From a bacterium (GTDB lineage Bacteria > RBG-13-61-14 > DATKZS01), in assembly GCA_963674965.2 (NCBI GenBank), contig CAXXFL010000005.1, forward strand, positions 800,001-864,000: 64,000 nt of DNA, read 5' to 3'. Below, piece after piece: positions 8,175-17,244 of the stretch; position 1 is the stretch's first letter; each line of letters opens with the position of its first letter. A program made the translations under genes and the position numbers. Below the pieces are notes generated by a model that saw only the letters and a program-made list of their open reading frames with translations, was not told where the DNA came from and did no database searches.

Positions 8175-10034
8175 TTATTTCATGGCTGTGGTATTGGTTA
8201 CCTTCGGCTCGTGGCAGAAGGCGCAGTTGCCGATGCAGTCGGCCTCGGCGTTGCATCCCATGGCGTCTCCGTTCATGCGGTGACAGGTCAGGCACAGGCC
8301 GTGCATGGCGTGCTTGTAACCGGGCGCCCACCTGGTGACGCCCTTGCCATAGAGCTTCTCGGCCGTCATGGGATACTGGCCGTCCTTGTCGTGGCACTCT
8401 ACGCATCCCTTGGCCGTTGCCTCGGACTTTTCCTTGTACGACTCGTGGCACTTGTCGCAGGAGTCGTTATTTCCCATCCGCTCCTTGTGTTTGTCGTGGT
8501 CGAAGATATCCGTGTCTACCGCCATGTCGGCGTGGCAGAGGTGGCAGGAGGTCGCATGGTCGTCGGGTCTTTCGAGGTGATGGCATTTCACGCAGGAGTC
8601 CTCGCCGCCCATCAGCTCCTGGTGGACGTCGTGGGGAAAGTTCACGTACTCCGCGGAAAGGTTGCCGTCGATCTTCAGCACGGCCCTGGTCTCGTCTACT
8701 CCCTTCGCCTTCTCGACCGGCTGGGGAGTGGGCTCGAACTTGCTCGTGCCCTTGCCCAGGAAGGCCAGATAGGCCAAGGGTATGGTGATGACCACGATGA
8801 GCGACACCTTGAGGCCGTCCTTGAACTTGATCATGGAGAAGGCTTCCCGCAGCGTGAACTGGGGGGCCATGTCGTGATGGACTCCCTCGGCCTCGGGCAC
8901 GTGGCAGGCCTCGGGGGCCTCGAGGATATAGAACCTCTCGAGGAGGAAAAAGAACAACAGGGCCGCCGCCGCGGGAACGCCAAGACAAACGACCATCTCG
9001 GCCAGGGAGGGAACGTAAACCCTCTCGGCGAAGCGGAAGTATCCCACGAAGCCCACGTCGAGACGGTGCATGACCAGCCCGATAAAGGCGGGCACGCTGA
9101 AGGCGTACAGGCCGGGCACGGTCTTTCTCCATTTGCCGCTTAGTCCGATGATGACCGGTATTATGGCCTGGAGTGTAATTTCGATGAGGAATAGTTTTCC
9201 TTCCCAGCCGGCGTCCGAGCCGAACACCCAGTTCCACTTGCCCTCGGCCGTAAGCACGATGAGGCGGATGGCCAGGAAGATGGCCAGCAGGACCGCGGAA
9301 ATCCTCGCCACGCCGGAGAGGACCTCGAGGTCGGGCTTTCTTCTATACAGCCACGAGACTATGAGCATGATGAGCACGATGGTGGCCATGCCCGCTCCCA
9401 TGGCGGAGATGAAGAACTCGATCGGTATCCAGAAGGTGTGCCACAGGGGGTGGAGCCTGGTATAGGACAGCATGAAAAGGGAGCCCAGCGAGCTGTGGTG
9501 CATGGTCGAGAGGGTCACGCCCAGGGCGATGATGGGCAGGGCCATCTCGTGCAGGAAGTGGGTCAGCCGGGGAAAGGGAAAGCGCTCGAGGATAACGGGC
9601 ACCATCTCGTAGGCGGTGATCATCCAGTAAACGGACACGCACCAGAAGACCTCGAAGAGGAAGGAGTGTGGGTTCCAGATGAGGAACGGGTGCCATCCGC
9701 GCCATGGGAGACCGATGTCGAAAACGAGAGCCGTAAGTGACGCCCCGTATCCGAGGAAGCCGATGAGCACGGCTATTCTTCCGATGGACCTGTATTTATC
9801 GGCGTACCAGATGTTAATGATAAAAGCTACCACGAATCCGGAGGTGGCGAGAGCGGCGCCGGCGACCATGTTGAAAATCTTCCACATGCCCCATGGCAGT
9901 CCGTCGGACATGTAGGACGCGGCGCCGAGTCCGAAGGCGAACCTTCCGACCACGGCCACCAGGGCGGCGAAGGACATGACCCAGAGTATTTCTTTTATCC
10001 GCTTGAGGGCGGTGGAGTCGGACTTAATCATCAC
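8175..10034 (-). CDS. NrfD/HybB/HmcC-like integral membrane subunit fused to a C-terminal hexaheme c3-type cytochrome
   Basis: DGLPWGMW, DIGLPWR, SFLFEV.WC, LSTMHHSSLGSL and LHPLW motifs; six CxxCH motifs after an extra TM helix. Confidence 0.88.
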   Translation of the reverse strand: MMIKSDSTALKRIKEILWVMSFAALVAVVGRFAFGLGAASYMSDGLPWGMWKIFNMVAGAALATSGFVVAFIINIWYADKYRSIGRIAVLIGFLGYGASLTALVFDIGLPWRGWHPFLIWNPHSFLFEVFWCVSVYWMITAYEMVPVILERFPFPRLTHFLHEMALPIIALGVTLSTMHHSSLGSLFMLSYTRLHPLWHTFWIPIEFFISAMGAGMATIVLIMLIVSWLYRRKPDLEVLSGVARISAVLLAIFLAIRLIVLTAEGKWNWVFGSDAGWEGKLFLIEITLQAIIPVIIGLSGKWRKTVPGLYAFSVPAFIGLVMHRLDVGFVGYFRFAERVYVPSLAEMVVCLGVPAAAALLFFFLLERFYILEAPEACHVPEAEGVHHDMAPQFTLREAFSMIKFKDGLKVSLIVVITIPLAYLAFLGKGTSKFEPTPQPVEKAKGVDETRAVLKIDGNLSAEYVNFPHDVHQELMGGEDSCVKCHHLERPDDHATSCHLCHADMAVDTDIFDHDKHKERMGNNDSCDKCHESYKEKSEATAKGCVECHDKDGQYPMTAEKLYGKGVTRWAPGYKHAMHGLCLTCHRMNGDAMGCNAEADCIGNCAFCHEPKVTNTTAMK

Positions 10035-10957
10035 TCGCCCTCCTTCCCCGAGTCCGGGCCCGGCCCGTCGTCATGGCATACCTCGTCGATAAATGCGGTC
10101 TGGGCGCCCTCGGGTCCGGCGGCCCCATGTTCTCCGTCGCCTCCGCTCATAAGGTGGGAGCGTCTTTTTAAAAACCACATGCTCATGATGCCGCTAAAGA
10201 AGATAATAAACTGGAAAGGCGTCCACCAAACCCACGGCTCCACCTGGTGCGGTATGGACTGGGTGGACAGTTTCCCGGCGGCCATTTTTTTAAGCTTGGC
10301 CGGATCGGGTATTTTAAGGGCGTCGCCGAGGGGCACGTCCGAGATGTACATTACGGATGTCCCGCCGAACTCGCTCTCTCCCCAGATATGGTCGATGTAC
10401 TTGCCGGGGTCCTTCTTGATCCTGTCCCTGGCCTCCTTGATGAGGTCGTCGCGGTCTCCGAAGATGGTGGCGCCCGTCGGGCAGGCCGCCACGCAGGAGG
10501 GGCGGTTGTCCCGCTCGCTGGCCCGGCACTCCTCGTTCATCTTGCACTTGACCACGTAGGGCACGGGCTTGTCCCACTCGTAGCGGGGGACCATGAAGGG
10601 ACACGCCAGCATGCAGTAGCGGCACCCGATGCACTTGTCGGCGTCGTAAACGACCGGCCCGTCCTCGCGCTTGTCGAACGCTCCGACCAGGCAGGCGGCC
10701 TTGCAGGCGGGATCGATGCAATGCATGCACTGCCGGCGCACGTTCCTTATTTCCCCGGCGCTTTTGCCGGCTATCTTGACGATCGAGGTGAGCCTCCTGC
10801 CGCTCAGTCCGTCCTTCGCCTTGTAATGGGCGGGGACGTCCCTGGGCAGCTTGTTAGCCTGAACGCACGCCTCGACGCATCTCTCACATCCAATGCACTT
10901 GGTCACGTCGGTGAGGATGCCCTTCATTTTTCCGTTGCCGGAATGGCCCGAGCTCAT
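10031..10957 (-). CDS. HybA/HmcB/NrfC-like 4Fe-4S dicluster protein with a C-terminal membrane anchor
   Basis: CIGCERC..AC, CMHCIDPAC...C, CIGCRYCMLACP and KC..C...PSCVAACP motifs; TM helix followed by KRR. Confidence 0.9.
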   Translation of the reverse strand: MSSGHSGNGKMKGILTDVTKCIGCERCVEACVQANKLPRDVPAHYKAKDGLSGRRLTSIVKIAGKSAGEIRNVRRQCMHCIDPACKAACLVGAFDKREDGPVVYDADKCIGCRYCMLACPFMVPRYEWDKPVPYVVKCKMNEECRASERDNRPSCVAACPTGATIFGDRDDLIKEARDRIKKDPGKYIDHIWGESEFGGTSVMYISDVPLGDALKIPDPAKLKKMAAGKLSTQSIPHQVEPWVWWTPFQFIIFFSGIMSMWFLKRRSHLMSGGDGEHGAAGPEGAQTAFIDEVCHDDGPGPDSGKEGE

Positions 10958-11004
10958 TAAAAGCCCTCCTTATATCCACCGCTGAGGATCGTCTCGGCGG
11001 CCTT

Positions 11005-12522
11005 TTATCGTTTGACGTGGCAATCGTCGCAATCGGTCGGACCGGCCAGCCTCTCGTGACAGACGATGCACGAGTCGTGCACCACGTCGCCCAGGCTGGG
11101 TATGCCCGTCCTCCATTCCTCGACCGGGTTCGTTTCCTTTTCCGATACGTGGCACTCGCCGCACTTGAGGGGAACGTCGGTCCCCTCGGGGCAGTCGAGG
11201 CCGCCGCATTTAAGGACCCGTTTGCCGTCCTTTTTCCAGGTATTGTGATGGCACTCCCGGCAGGAGAAGGCCATGTCCTGGGCGTGGAACCGGTGCGACC
11301 AGTTGGCCTCGCCCTTGGAGGTCTGGTGCATGAACTGGCCAAAGCTCCTGTCCGGGGCGTGACACCCCTCGCACTCGGTGGGACCGTCTTTTTCCTTCTC
11401 GTGGCAGCCGATGCATCCGGTGGCCTCTCCGCCCTGGTTCCAGTGCATGGCGTCGGCCAGGGACGGCACGTCCTCGAACTGAAGATCGTCCCGCCCGTGA
11501 CAGGCGCGGCAGGCCAGGTAAGGCTCGTTCTCCACGCCGCCGTGCTTGTGGTGGCAGACATTGCAGTCGCGCTCGGAGGGCGCGGCGTGACGCTCGTGGC
11601 TCCAGACCACGGTCCCGGCCGTTCCGCCGGGGAGCATGGACGGGTTCGAGCGGTGGCACTCTCCGCAGGTTATGGGCATGCCCTTGCCCGCGTCGGGATG
11701 ATCGGCGTGGTGGCAATCGAGGCAACGCTCGTGCAGGGCCTCCTCGACGCTGGGCGCGCCCTCCTTGACGGCCATGCCGGTATGGCAGTCCACGCACCTT
11801 TCGGCGCCCAGCTCGGGGTTGTACTCGGTATGACAGGTGAAGCAACGCTTGTGCGCCAGTTCCTCGTGGTCCTCGATGCCCGTGCGCATGGAAAGGGACA
11901 TTACCTCGGCCGGCTGGTGGCAGGAGTCGCAGGCCCGGTACTCGCTCTCGAGCACGGGCTTTTCCTCGGTCCCCTTGTCCTTGTGGTGGCAGTACTCGCA
12001 GTCCAGCTCCATGTAGCGGGAGTGCTCGCGGTGGTCCCACTCGACCTTGCCCATACGGCCGGTGAAGCGCTGCATATGGCAGTCGCGGCAACCCACGGGT
12101 CCCTGGTTCTTGACCACGTGGCAGCCCATGCACTTCGAGTGATAGGCGGTCATCGAGTCGCTCGCCGCGGGTCCCACGCCCTCCTCTTTTTTCATCATTT
12201 CCTTGAGGCGGACGTCGGCCAGCACCACGGAGTCGGCGCTGCTTTTCAGATGGTGACAGTCCTTGCACGGCTTGGGCGTGGTGGCCCCGGCTTTTTCCGC
12301 CGCGTCCATGGCGGACTTGTGGTGGCAGTCGGTGCACTTGACGTCCTTCATCCGGGCGTGAAGCTCATGATTCCAGATCACGTCGCCGATCCTGGCCGGC
12401 AGGGTATGGTCCGGCTCGCCGCTGGGGCGAAGGAGCATGCCTCCCGCGCCGGTCCCGATGAGCACCAATATGGCGGCCAACAGATACTCGACTTTGATTT
12501 GTTTACCTTTCACTGCTATCAT
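11005..12522 (-). CDS. High-molecular-weight c3-type multiheme cytochrome c, 18 CxxCH (HmcA-like)
   Basis: 18 CxxCH counted in four modules (4+6+4+4), each opening with WxHxxH; N-terminal signal/anchor. Confidence 0.92.
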   Translation of the reverse strand: MIAVKGKQIKVEYLLAAILVLIGTGAGGMLLRPSGEPDHTLPARIGDVIWNHELHARMKDVKCTDCHHKSAMDAAEKAGATTPKPCKDCHHLKSSADSVVLADVRLKEMMKKEEGVGPAASDSMTAYHSKCMGCHVVKNQGPVGCRDCHMQRFTGRMGKVEWDHREHSRYMELDCEYCHHKDKGTEEKPVLESEYRACDSCHQPAEVMSLSMRTGIEDHEELAHKRCFTCHTEYNPELGAERCVDCHTGMAVKEGAPSVEEALHERCLDCHHADHPDAGKGMPITCGECHRSNPSMLPGGTAGTVVWSHERHAAPSERDCNVCHHKHGGVENEPYLACRACHGRDDLQFEDVPSLADAMHWNQGGEATGCIGCHEKEKDGPTECEGCHAPDRSFGQFMHQTSKGEANWSHRFHAQDMAFSCRECHHNTWKKDGKRVLKCGGLDCPEGTDVPLKCGECHVSEKETNPVEEWRTGIPSLGDVVHDSCIVCHERLAGPTDCDDCHVKR

Positions 12523-12624
12523 CCCTTTTCACGCGGGACGCCATATCCCGCGTCCGATTTGCGCCGGCGGCCTTTGCCGCTATCTTATTTTTTACGGCGG
12601 TCTTTTCCGCCCTGGTGTTTCAAA

Positions 12625-13101
12625 ATGTCCCGTTTCGGCATAATCATAAAAACTTCCGACGGCCGCGCCGTCGTCCGGACCTCGCGCCGGGGCGTTTGCG
12701 AGTCCTGTTCCGAGCGCGAGACCTGCACCTTCGAGACGGCGCTCGGTAAGGACGTCCCCGAGGAGGTCGAGGTTTTAAACCCGATCAACGCCTCGACCGG
12801 AGACGCGGTCGAGTTCGACCTGCCCGGCCATTCCGAGCTTAAGGTCTCCCTCCTCATCTGGGCCGTGCCCCTCGCCGGGCTTATTCTCGGCGGAGCGGCC
12901 GGCGCGCTGGCGGGCGACGCGCTGGGCGTCGACCCCAACCTGACCACCCTGGCCGGAGTGGCCGTCGGCCTCGCCGCCGGAATGCTTCCGGTCATCCTCA
13001 TGGACCGCGCGGCCGCGAGCGACCCCAAATATACTCCCCGCGTAATCCGGGTCGTGCCCGTCTCCACCTGCCCGACCTCGGTCAGGGAAGACGCCCCCTG
13101 A
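12625..13101 (+). CDS. RseC/MucC family membrane protein
   Basis: Real part of ORF 11017-13101: MSRFGIII...RRGVCESC...NPINASTGDAV...LIWAVPL and two TM helices. Confidence 0.8.
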   Translation: MSRFGIIIKTSDGRAVVRTSRRGVCESCSERETCTFETALGKDVPEEVEVLNPINASTGDAVEFDLPGHSELKVSLLIWAVPLAGLILGGAAGALAGDALGVDPNLTTLAGVAVGLAAGMLPVILMDRAAASDPKYTPRVIRVVPVSTCPTSVREDAP

Positions 13102-15321
13102 TCAGGGCGAGTTACGCAAAAGTTCCTCCAGCTTCTCGAGGCCCGACTTGTCGGTACCCTCGAGTATCTTTTTATGCTTGTCCTTCTCGGCGTCCGAGTA
13201 AAAACAGATCGTGCCGCAGCGCATGCACCGGTTGGCCTCCGCCTCGATAAGGTCCTGGGTAAGGTTCAGGTCGACCTCGTCGAAGCTCTTGATCCTCTCC
13301 TTGGCCGGAAGCTCGGGCTGAGGCTGCTTCGGGAGCTTGGCCACGCCGAACACCGGCTCCTCGCCCGAGTCGGGGTTTCGCGTGGGCTTGTAGGACACGC
13401 CCTTGGGAAAGCGCATGTCCTTGCCCTCGAGATAAAGATGGATGCTCCGCGCCGCCTGCCTGCCCGTGCCGATGGCCTCGACCACCAGGCCCGGACCGGT
13501 CCAGATGTCGCCCGCCGTAAAGATGTGGGGCACGGTCGATTGAAGCGTTTCCTCGTCGGCCACGATGGTGGCCCACCTGGTCAGTTCGAGGCCCCGCTCC
13601 TTCATGTCATCGCTCAGCCAGTCGGTGCGGGGCCGCTGGCCGATGGCGGCGATGACCACGTCCACGTCCATCAGGGTCTCGGACCCCTCCTTGGGAACGG
13701 GCCGGCGACGTCCCGAGGCGTCGGGCTCTCCCAGTTCCATCTGGATGTACTCGATCTGTTTTAACTTGCCGTCCTCGCCGGCGATCAGCCTGGTGGGGGC
13801 CGCCAGGAAGTGGTACTGCACTCCCTCGTGCTCGGCCGCCACTATCTCGACGTCGTTGGCGGGCATTTCCTTCCTGGTGCGGCGGTAAAGGAGGATGACC
13901 TCGGCCGCGTTCATGCGCAGGGAGCTGCGGCAGGCGTCCATGGCGGTGTTGCCGCCGCCCACCACCACCACGCGCTTGCCCGCCAGGTCCACCTTGATCC
14001 CCAGCTCTCTTTTCTGGAGGAACTCGGTGCCCTTCCAGACGCCCTCCATGTCCTCGCCCTCGACGCGGAGGGACGAGTTGTCCCACGCTCCCATGGCCAG
14101 GAGGATGGCGTCGAACTCCTTCTCGAGCTCGGCTATCTTGATGTCCGTTCCCAGGTTGACGTTGTATTTCGCCTCGACGCCCAGGTCGAGAATCTCCTGG
14201 ATTTCCCAGTCGAGTATCTTCTTGGGCAGCCGGTACTCGGGGATGCCGTAGCGGAGCATGCCGCCGTAGGCCGGCTTGTTGTCGAAGATGGTGACGGCGT
14301 GACCCATCCTGCGCAGGAAGTAAGCCGCCGTCAGGCCGCAGGGACCGCCGCCGATGACGGCCACCTTCTTGCCCGTGTCGGGCAGGCACGAGGGCTTCTT
14401 GCGCTCGGGCAGGGCCCTTTCCCAGTCGGCCACGAAACGCTTGATATAGTTATGATGGACCGGCTCGTCCTCGATGGCGACCCTCCTGCATCCGGCCTCG
14501 CAGGGGGCCGGGCACACGCGGCCGCACACCAGGGGCAGGGGGTTCCTTTCCTTGATGATATTAACCGCCTCCTCGTATTTGCCCTCGGCCGCGAACTCGA
14601 CGTAGGCCGGGATGTCGATCTGGGCCGGGCAGAGCTGCTTGCAGGGGGCCAGGCACTCGTCGCTCGTATTGAAATGGAGGAGTCTCTGTGAGGTCGAGTA
14701 CAGATGGATGACGTCCATGGGACAAATCTTTTCGCAGGTCCCGCAGCCCACGCACTTGGAGGCGTCCACCTCGGGCGTTCCCTCGGGCCCCATCTTCAGG
14801 GCGCCGAAGGGGCAGGCCTCGACGCAGGAGCCAAGGCCCAGGCAGCCGTGCTTGCACCAGATGTCCCCGCCCCATACCTCGGCCATGGCCCGGCAGTCCA
14901 TTACGCCGTCGTAGTAATATTTCTTGACCGCCCGATAGCCGCCGTTGCAGTAGTGGTCGGCGATTTTAGGCTCGACGAACCCGACCTCGCCGCCCATGAC
15001 CTTTGCCACCTTGGCCGCCACGTCGGGGCCGCCGGCAATGCAGGCGTTCACGGGCGCGTCACCGGCCACGATGGCCTCGGCGCAGGCCGAGCACCCGGTG
15101 AAGCCGCAGCCGCCGCAGTTGGCGCCCGGCAGGGAGTCCTCGACCTGGACCACGCGGGGGTCGACCTCGACGTGGAATATTCGGGAGGCCGCCGCCAGGA
15201 CTATGGCCGCCACGCCGCCCACCGCCAGCATCAGCAGCATGGGCAAAAGGGTCAGCATGGTCGGGTTGCCAGAATAACTCGCGTAAATGTCCTGCATTAT
15301 TTTCGCGATAGAGTCCATCAC
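13102..15321 (-). CDS. rnfB: RnfB fused to a GltD/NfnB/SudA-like FAD/NADP(H) oxidoreductase
   Basis: TM plus LPGANCGGCGF.GC and ferredoxin motifs, then APC...CP, CGRVCPAPCE, IGGGPCG, GGMLRYGIPEYRLP, GGGNTAMD and YRRT. Confidence 0.9.
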   Translation of the reverse strand: MMDSIAKIMQDIYASYSGNPTMLTLLPMLLMLAVGGVAAIVLAAASRIFHVEVDPRVVQVEDSLPGANCGGCGFTGCSACAEAIVAGDAPVNACIAGGPDVAAKVAKVMGGEVGFVEPKIADHYCNGGYRAVKKYYYDGVMDCRAMAEVWGGDIWCKHGCLGLGSCVEACPFGALKMGPEGTPEVDASKCVGCGTCEKICPMDVIHLYSTSQRLLHFNTSDECLAPCKQLCPAQIDIPAYVEFAAEGKYEEAVNIIKERNPLPLVCGRVCPAPCEAGCRRVAIEDEPVHHNYIKRFVADWERALPERKKPSCLPDTGKKVAVIGGGPCGLTAAYFLRRMGHAVTIFDNKPAYGGMLRYGIPEYRLPKKILDWEIQEILDLGVEAKYNVNLGTDIKIAELEKEFDAILLAMGAWDNSSLRVEGEDMEGVWKGTEFLQKRELGIKVDLAGKRVVVVGGGNTAMDACRSSLRMNAAEVILLYRRTRKEMPANDVEIVAAEHEGVQYHFLAAPTRLIAGEDGKLKQIEYIQMELGEPDASGRRRPVPKEGSETLMDVDVVIAAIGQRPRTDWLSDDMKERGLELTRWATIVADEETLQSTVPHIFTAGDIWTGPGLVVEAIGTGRQAARSIHLYLEGKDMRFPKGVSYKPTRNPDSGEEPVFGVAKLPKQPQPELPAKERIKSFDEVDLNLTQDLIEAEANRCMRCGTICFYSDAEKDKHKKILEGTDKSGLEKLEELLRNSP

Positions 15322-15372
15322 CCACCTCTTTTAATGACAAGTAAAACCATTTAGTACGGCCTCATCCAAAAA

Positions 15373-15984
15373 TCAGATCATGCCCTTGAAGGCGAAAAAG
15401 CTAAGGGCCAGAAGGCCGGCCGTGACAAGGCCGATCCCCGTTCCATCCAACACCTTGGGTATCCGGGATATCTCGAACTTCTCCCGGATGCCGGCGAAAA
15501 GAATCAGCGCCAGCCCGAAGCCGCAGGCCGCGGCGGCGGAGTAAACCAGGGCCACGATCAGCTCGTGGCCGGCCCAGACCTTGGTGTACTCCTTGAAATT
15601 TTTTATGTTCAGGAGCGTGACGCCCATGACGGCGCAGTTGGTCGTTATCAGGGGCAGGAAGATACCGAGCGACTTGTAAAGGGCCGGTATGGATTTTCTC
15701 AGGAACATCTCGACGAACTGGACCAGGGTGGCTATAACCAGGATGAAGGCCAGTGTCTGAATATACTCGAGCTTAAGGGGCTTAAGGAACATGAAGTAGG
15801 CCAGCCAGGTGAAAAGGGCGGCCAGGGTCAGGACGAAGACGACGGCCCCCGCCATTCCCACGGCCGTGTCCATTTTCTTGGACACGCCCAAAAAGGGGCA
15901 GTTGCCGAGGAACTGGGCCAGCAGTATGTTGTTGATAAAGATGGCCGCCACAACCAGGGCGATCATATCCGTGAAGACTTCCAT
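15373..15984 (-). CDS. rnfA: Rnf complex subunit A
   Basis: NNILLAQFLGNCPFLG and LGIFLPLITTNCAV. Confidence 0.95.
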   Translation of the reverse strand: MEVFTDMIALVVAAIFINNILLAQFLGNCPFLGVSKKMDTAVGMAGAVVFVLTLAALFTWLAYFMFLKPLKLEYIQTLAFILVIATLVQFVEMFLRKSIPALYKSLGIFLPLITTNCAVMGVTLLNIKNFKEYTKVWAGHELIVALVYSAAAACGFGLALILFAGIREKFEISRIPKVLDGTGIGLVTAGLLALSFFAFKGMI

Positions 15985-15996
15985 GTTCTTTTCCCC

Positions 15997-16605
15997 TTAC
16001 TTGTTGCCCAGCTTGCCGAGCACGTTCATCACGCCGAGCATAAGGCCAAGGGCCATGAAGGCGCCGGGGGCCTGCTGGAGGATGGCGAAGGGCTCGAAAT
16101 TAAGGCCCATGGCCTCGAAAAGCTTCCACCCGAAAATCTCGCCGGCGCCGAAAATTTCCCTGAGTCCGCCCAGCACGGTAAGGGACATGGTAAAGCCGAG
16201 TCCCATTCCCAGCCCGTCGGCCATGGAGGCGATGACTCCGTTCTTTTTGGCGAAGGCCTCTGCCCTTCCCAGTATGATGCAGTTGACCACGATCAGGGGA
16301 ATGAATATTCCCAGGCTCTCGTAAAGAGGATACACGAAGGCCTTGGTGAACATCTCGACGCAGACCACGAATGTGGCCACGATCACGATGTAACACGCGA
16401 CCCTGACCTCGTCGGGTATGACCTTTCTGAGGGCGGAGATGAAGACGTTGGAGCAGACCAGGACGAAGGTCGCGGCCAGCCCCATGCCTATTCCGTTTTC
16501 CATGGACGTGGTTACGGCCAGGGTCGGGCATAGTCCCAGCACGAACCGGAAAGGAGGAATCTCCTTCCATAGTCCCTTGGTAAATTCCTGAGTGATGGTA
16601 CTCAT
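15997..16605 (-). CDS. rnfE: Rnf complex subunit E
   Basis: LGLCPTLAVT and LGIFIPLIVVNCIILGRAEAFA. Confidence 0.95.
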   Translation of the reverse strand: MSTITQEFTKGLWKEIPPFRFVLGLCPTLAVTTSMENGIGMGLAATFVLVCSNVFISALRKVIPDEVRVACYIVIVATFVVCVEMFTKAFVYPLYESLGIFIPLIVVNCIILGRAEAFAKKNGVIASMADGLGMGLGFTMSLTVLGGLREIFGAGEIFGWKLFEAMGLNFEPFAILQQAPGAFMALGLMLGVMNVLGKLGNK

Positions 16606-16623
16606 ATTCCCAATCTCCCGCTC

Positions 16624-17244
16624 TTATTTAACGGCCTCTTCAAGCTCGTCCTTGTGTTGGTCATAGGTTGCCTTGGCTTTTCTGATGGCGTCGGCCACGG
16701 CCCCGCTGGACTTGGTAGCCCCGCTCACCTGGTCGATGATCCCGCCGTTTTTCTTGATCTTGAAGACGGAGTCCTTGCTCATGCCGATGAACTGATGCTG
16801 GAAGGCGGGCTCAGTAACCCTGGCGCCCAGGCCCGGGGTCTCAGAGTGAGTGGTGATACCGATGCCGTCCAGGTTTCCCGACTGGATATTGAAGCCGACC
16901 ATGACGCCGATGTTGCCGCCGTAGCCGCCCTCCCCCTCGCGCTCGATCACGATGGTGTTTGGCTTGCCGTCTTTTTTCGTCACGAACATAAGAAGTTCCT
17001 GTTCCTCTCCGACGTCAATCATTTTATAGCTGGAGAGAAGCTCTTGCGTGACCTTTTCCTCGTCCGCCTCGCTCATCTTGCCGGAAACTCCCTCGATGAT
17101 GCTTATCACGGCCGGGACCTTTTTAAACTTGAGCACGTTCTGCTCGCCCTTTTCCTTGGTGAGCCTGTTAAGTCCGCCGAGGGCGATTCCGCTGATGAGG
17201 CTTATTCCCACCAGGACGACGATCATTTTGATCATGTTACCCAT
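16624..17244 (-). CDS. rnfG: Rnf complex subunit G (FMN-binding)
   Basis: N-terminal TM, GYGG, HSETPGLG and the IDQVSGATKSS flavinylation motif. Confidence 0.93.
   Translation of the reverse strand: MGNMIKMIVVLVGISLISGIALGGLNRLTKEKGEQNVLKFKKVPAVISIIEGVSGKMSEADEEKVTQELLSSYKMIDVGEEQELLMFVTKKDGKPNTIVIEREGEGGYGGNIGVMVGFNIQSGNLDGIGITTHSETPGLGARVTEPAFQHQFIGMSKDSVFKIKKNGGIIDQVSGATKSSGAVADAIRKAKATYDQHKDELEEAVK

Noticed and set aside
11017-12624. 694-aa + strand ORF as one protein
   Set aside because: The first 536 codons are mostly the antisense shadow of the cytochrome gene; only 12625-13101 (RseC) looks like a protein.
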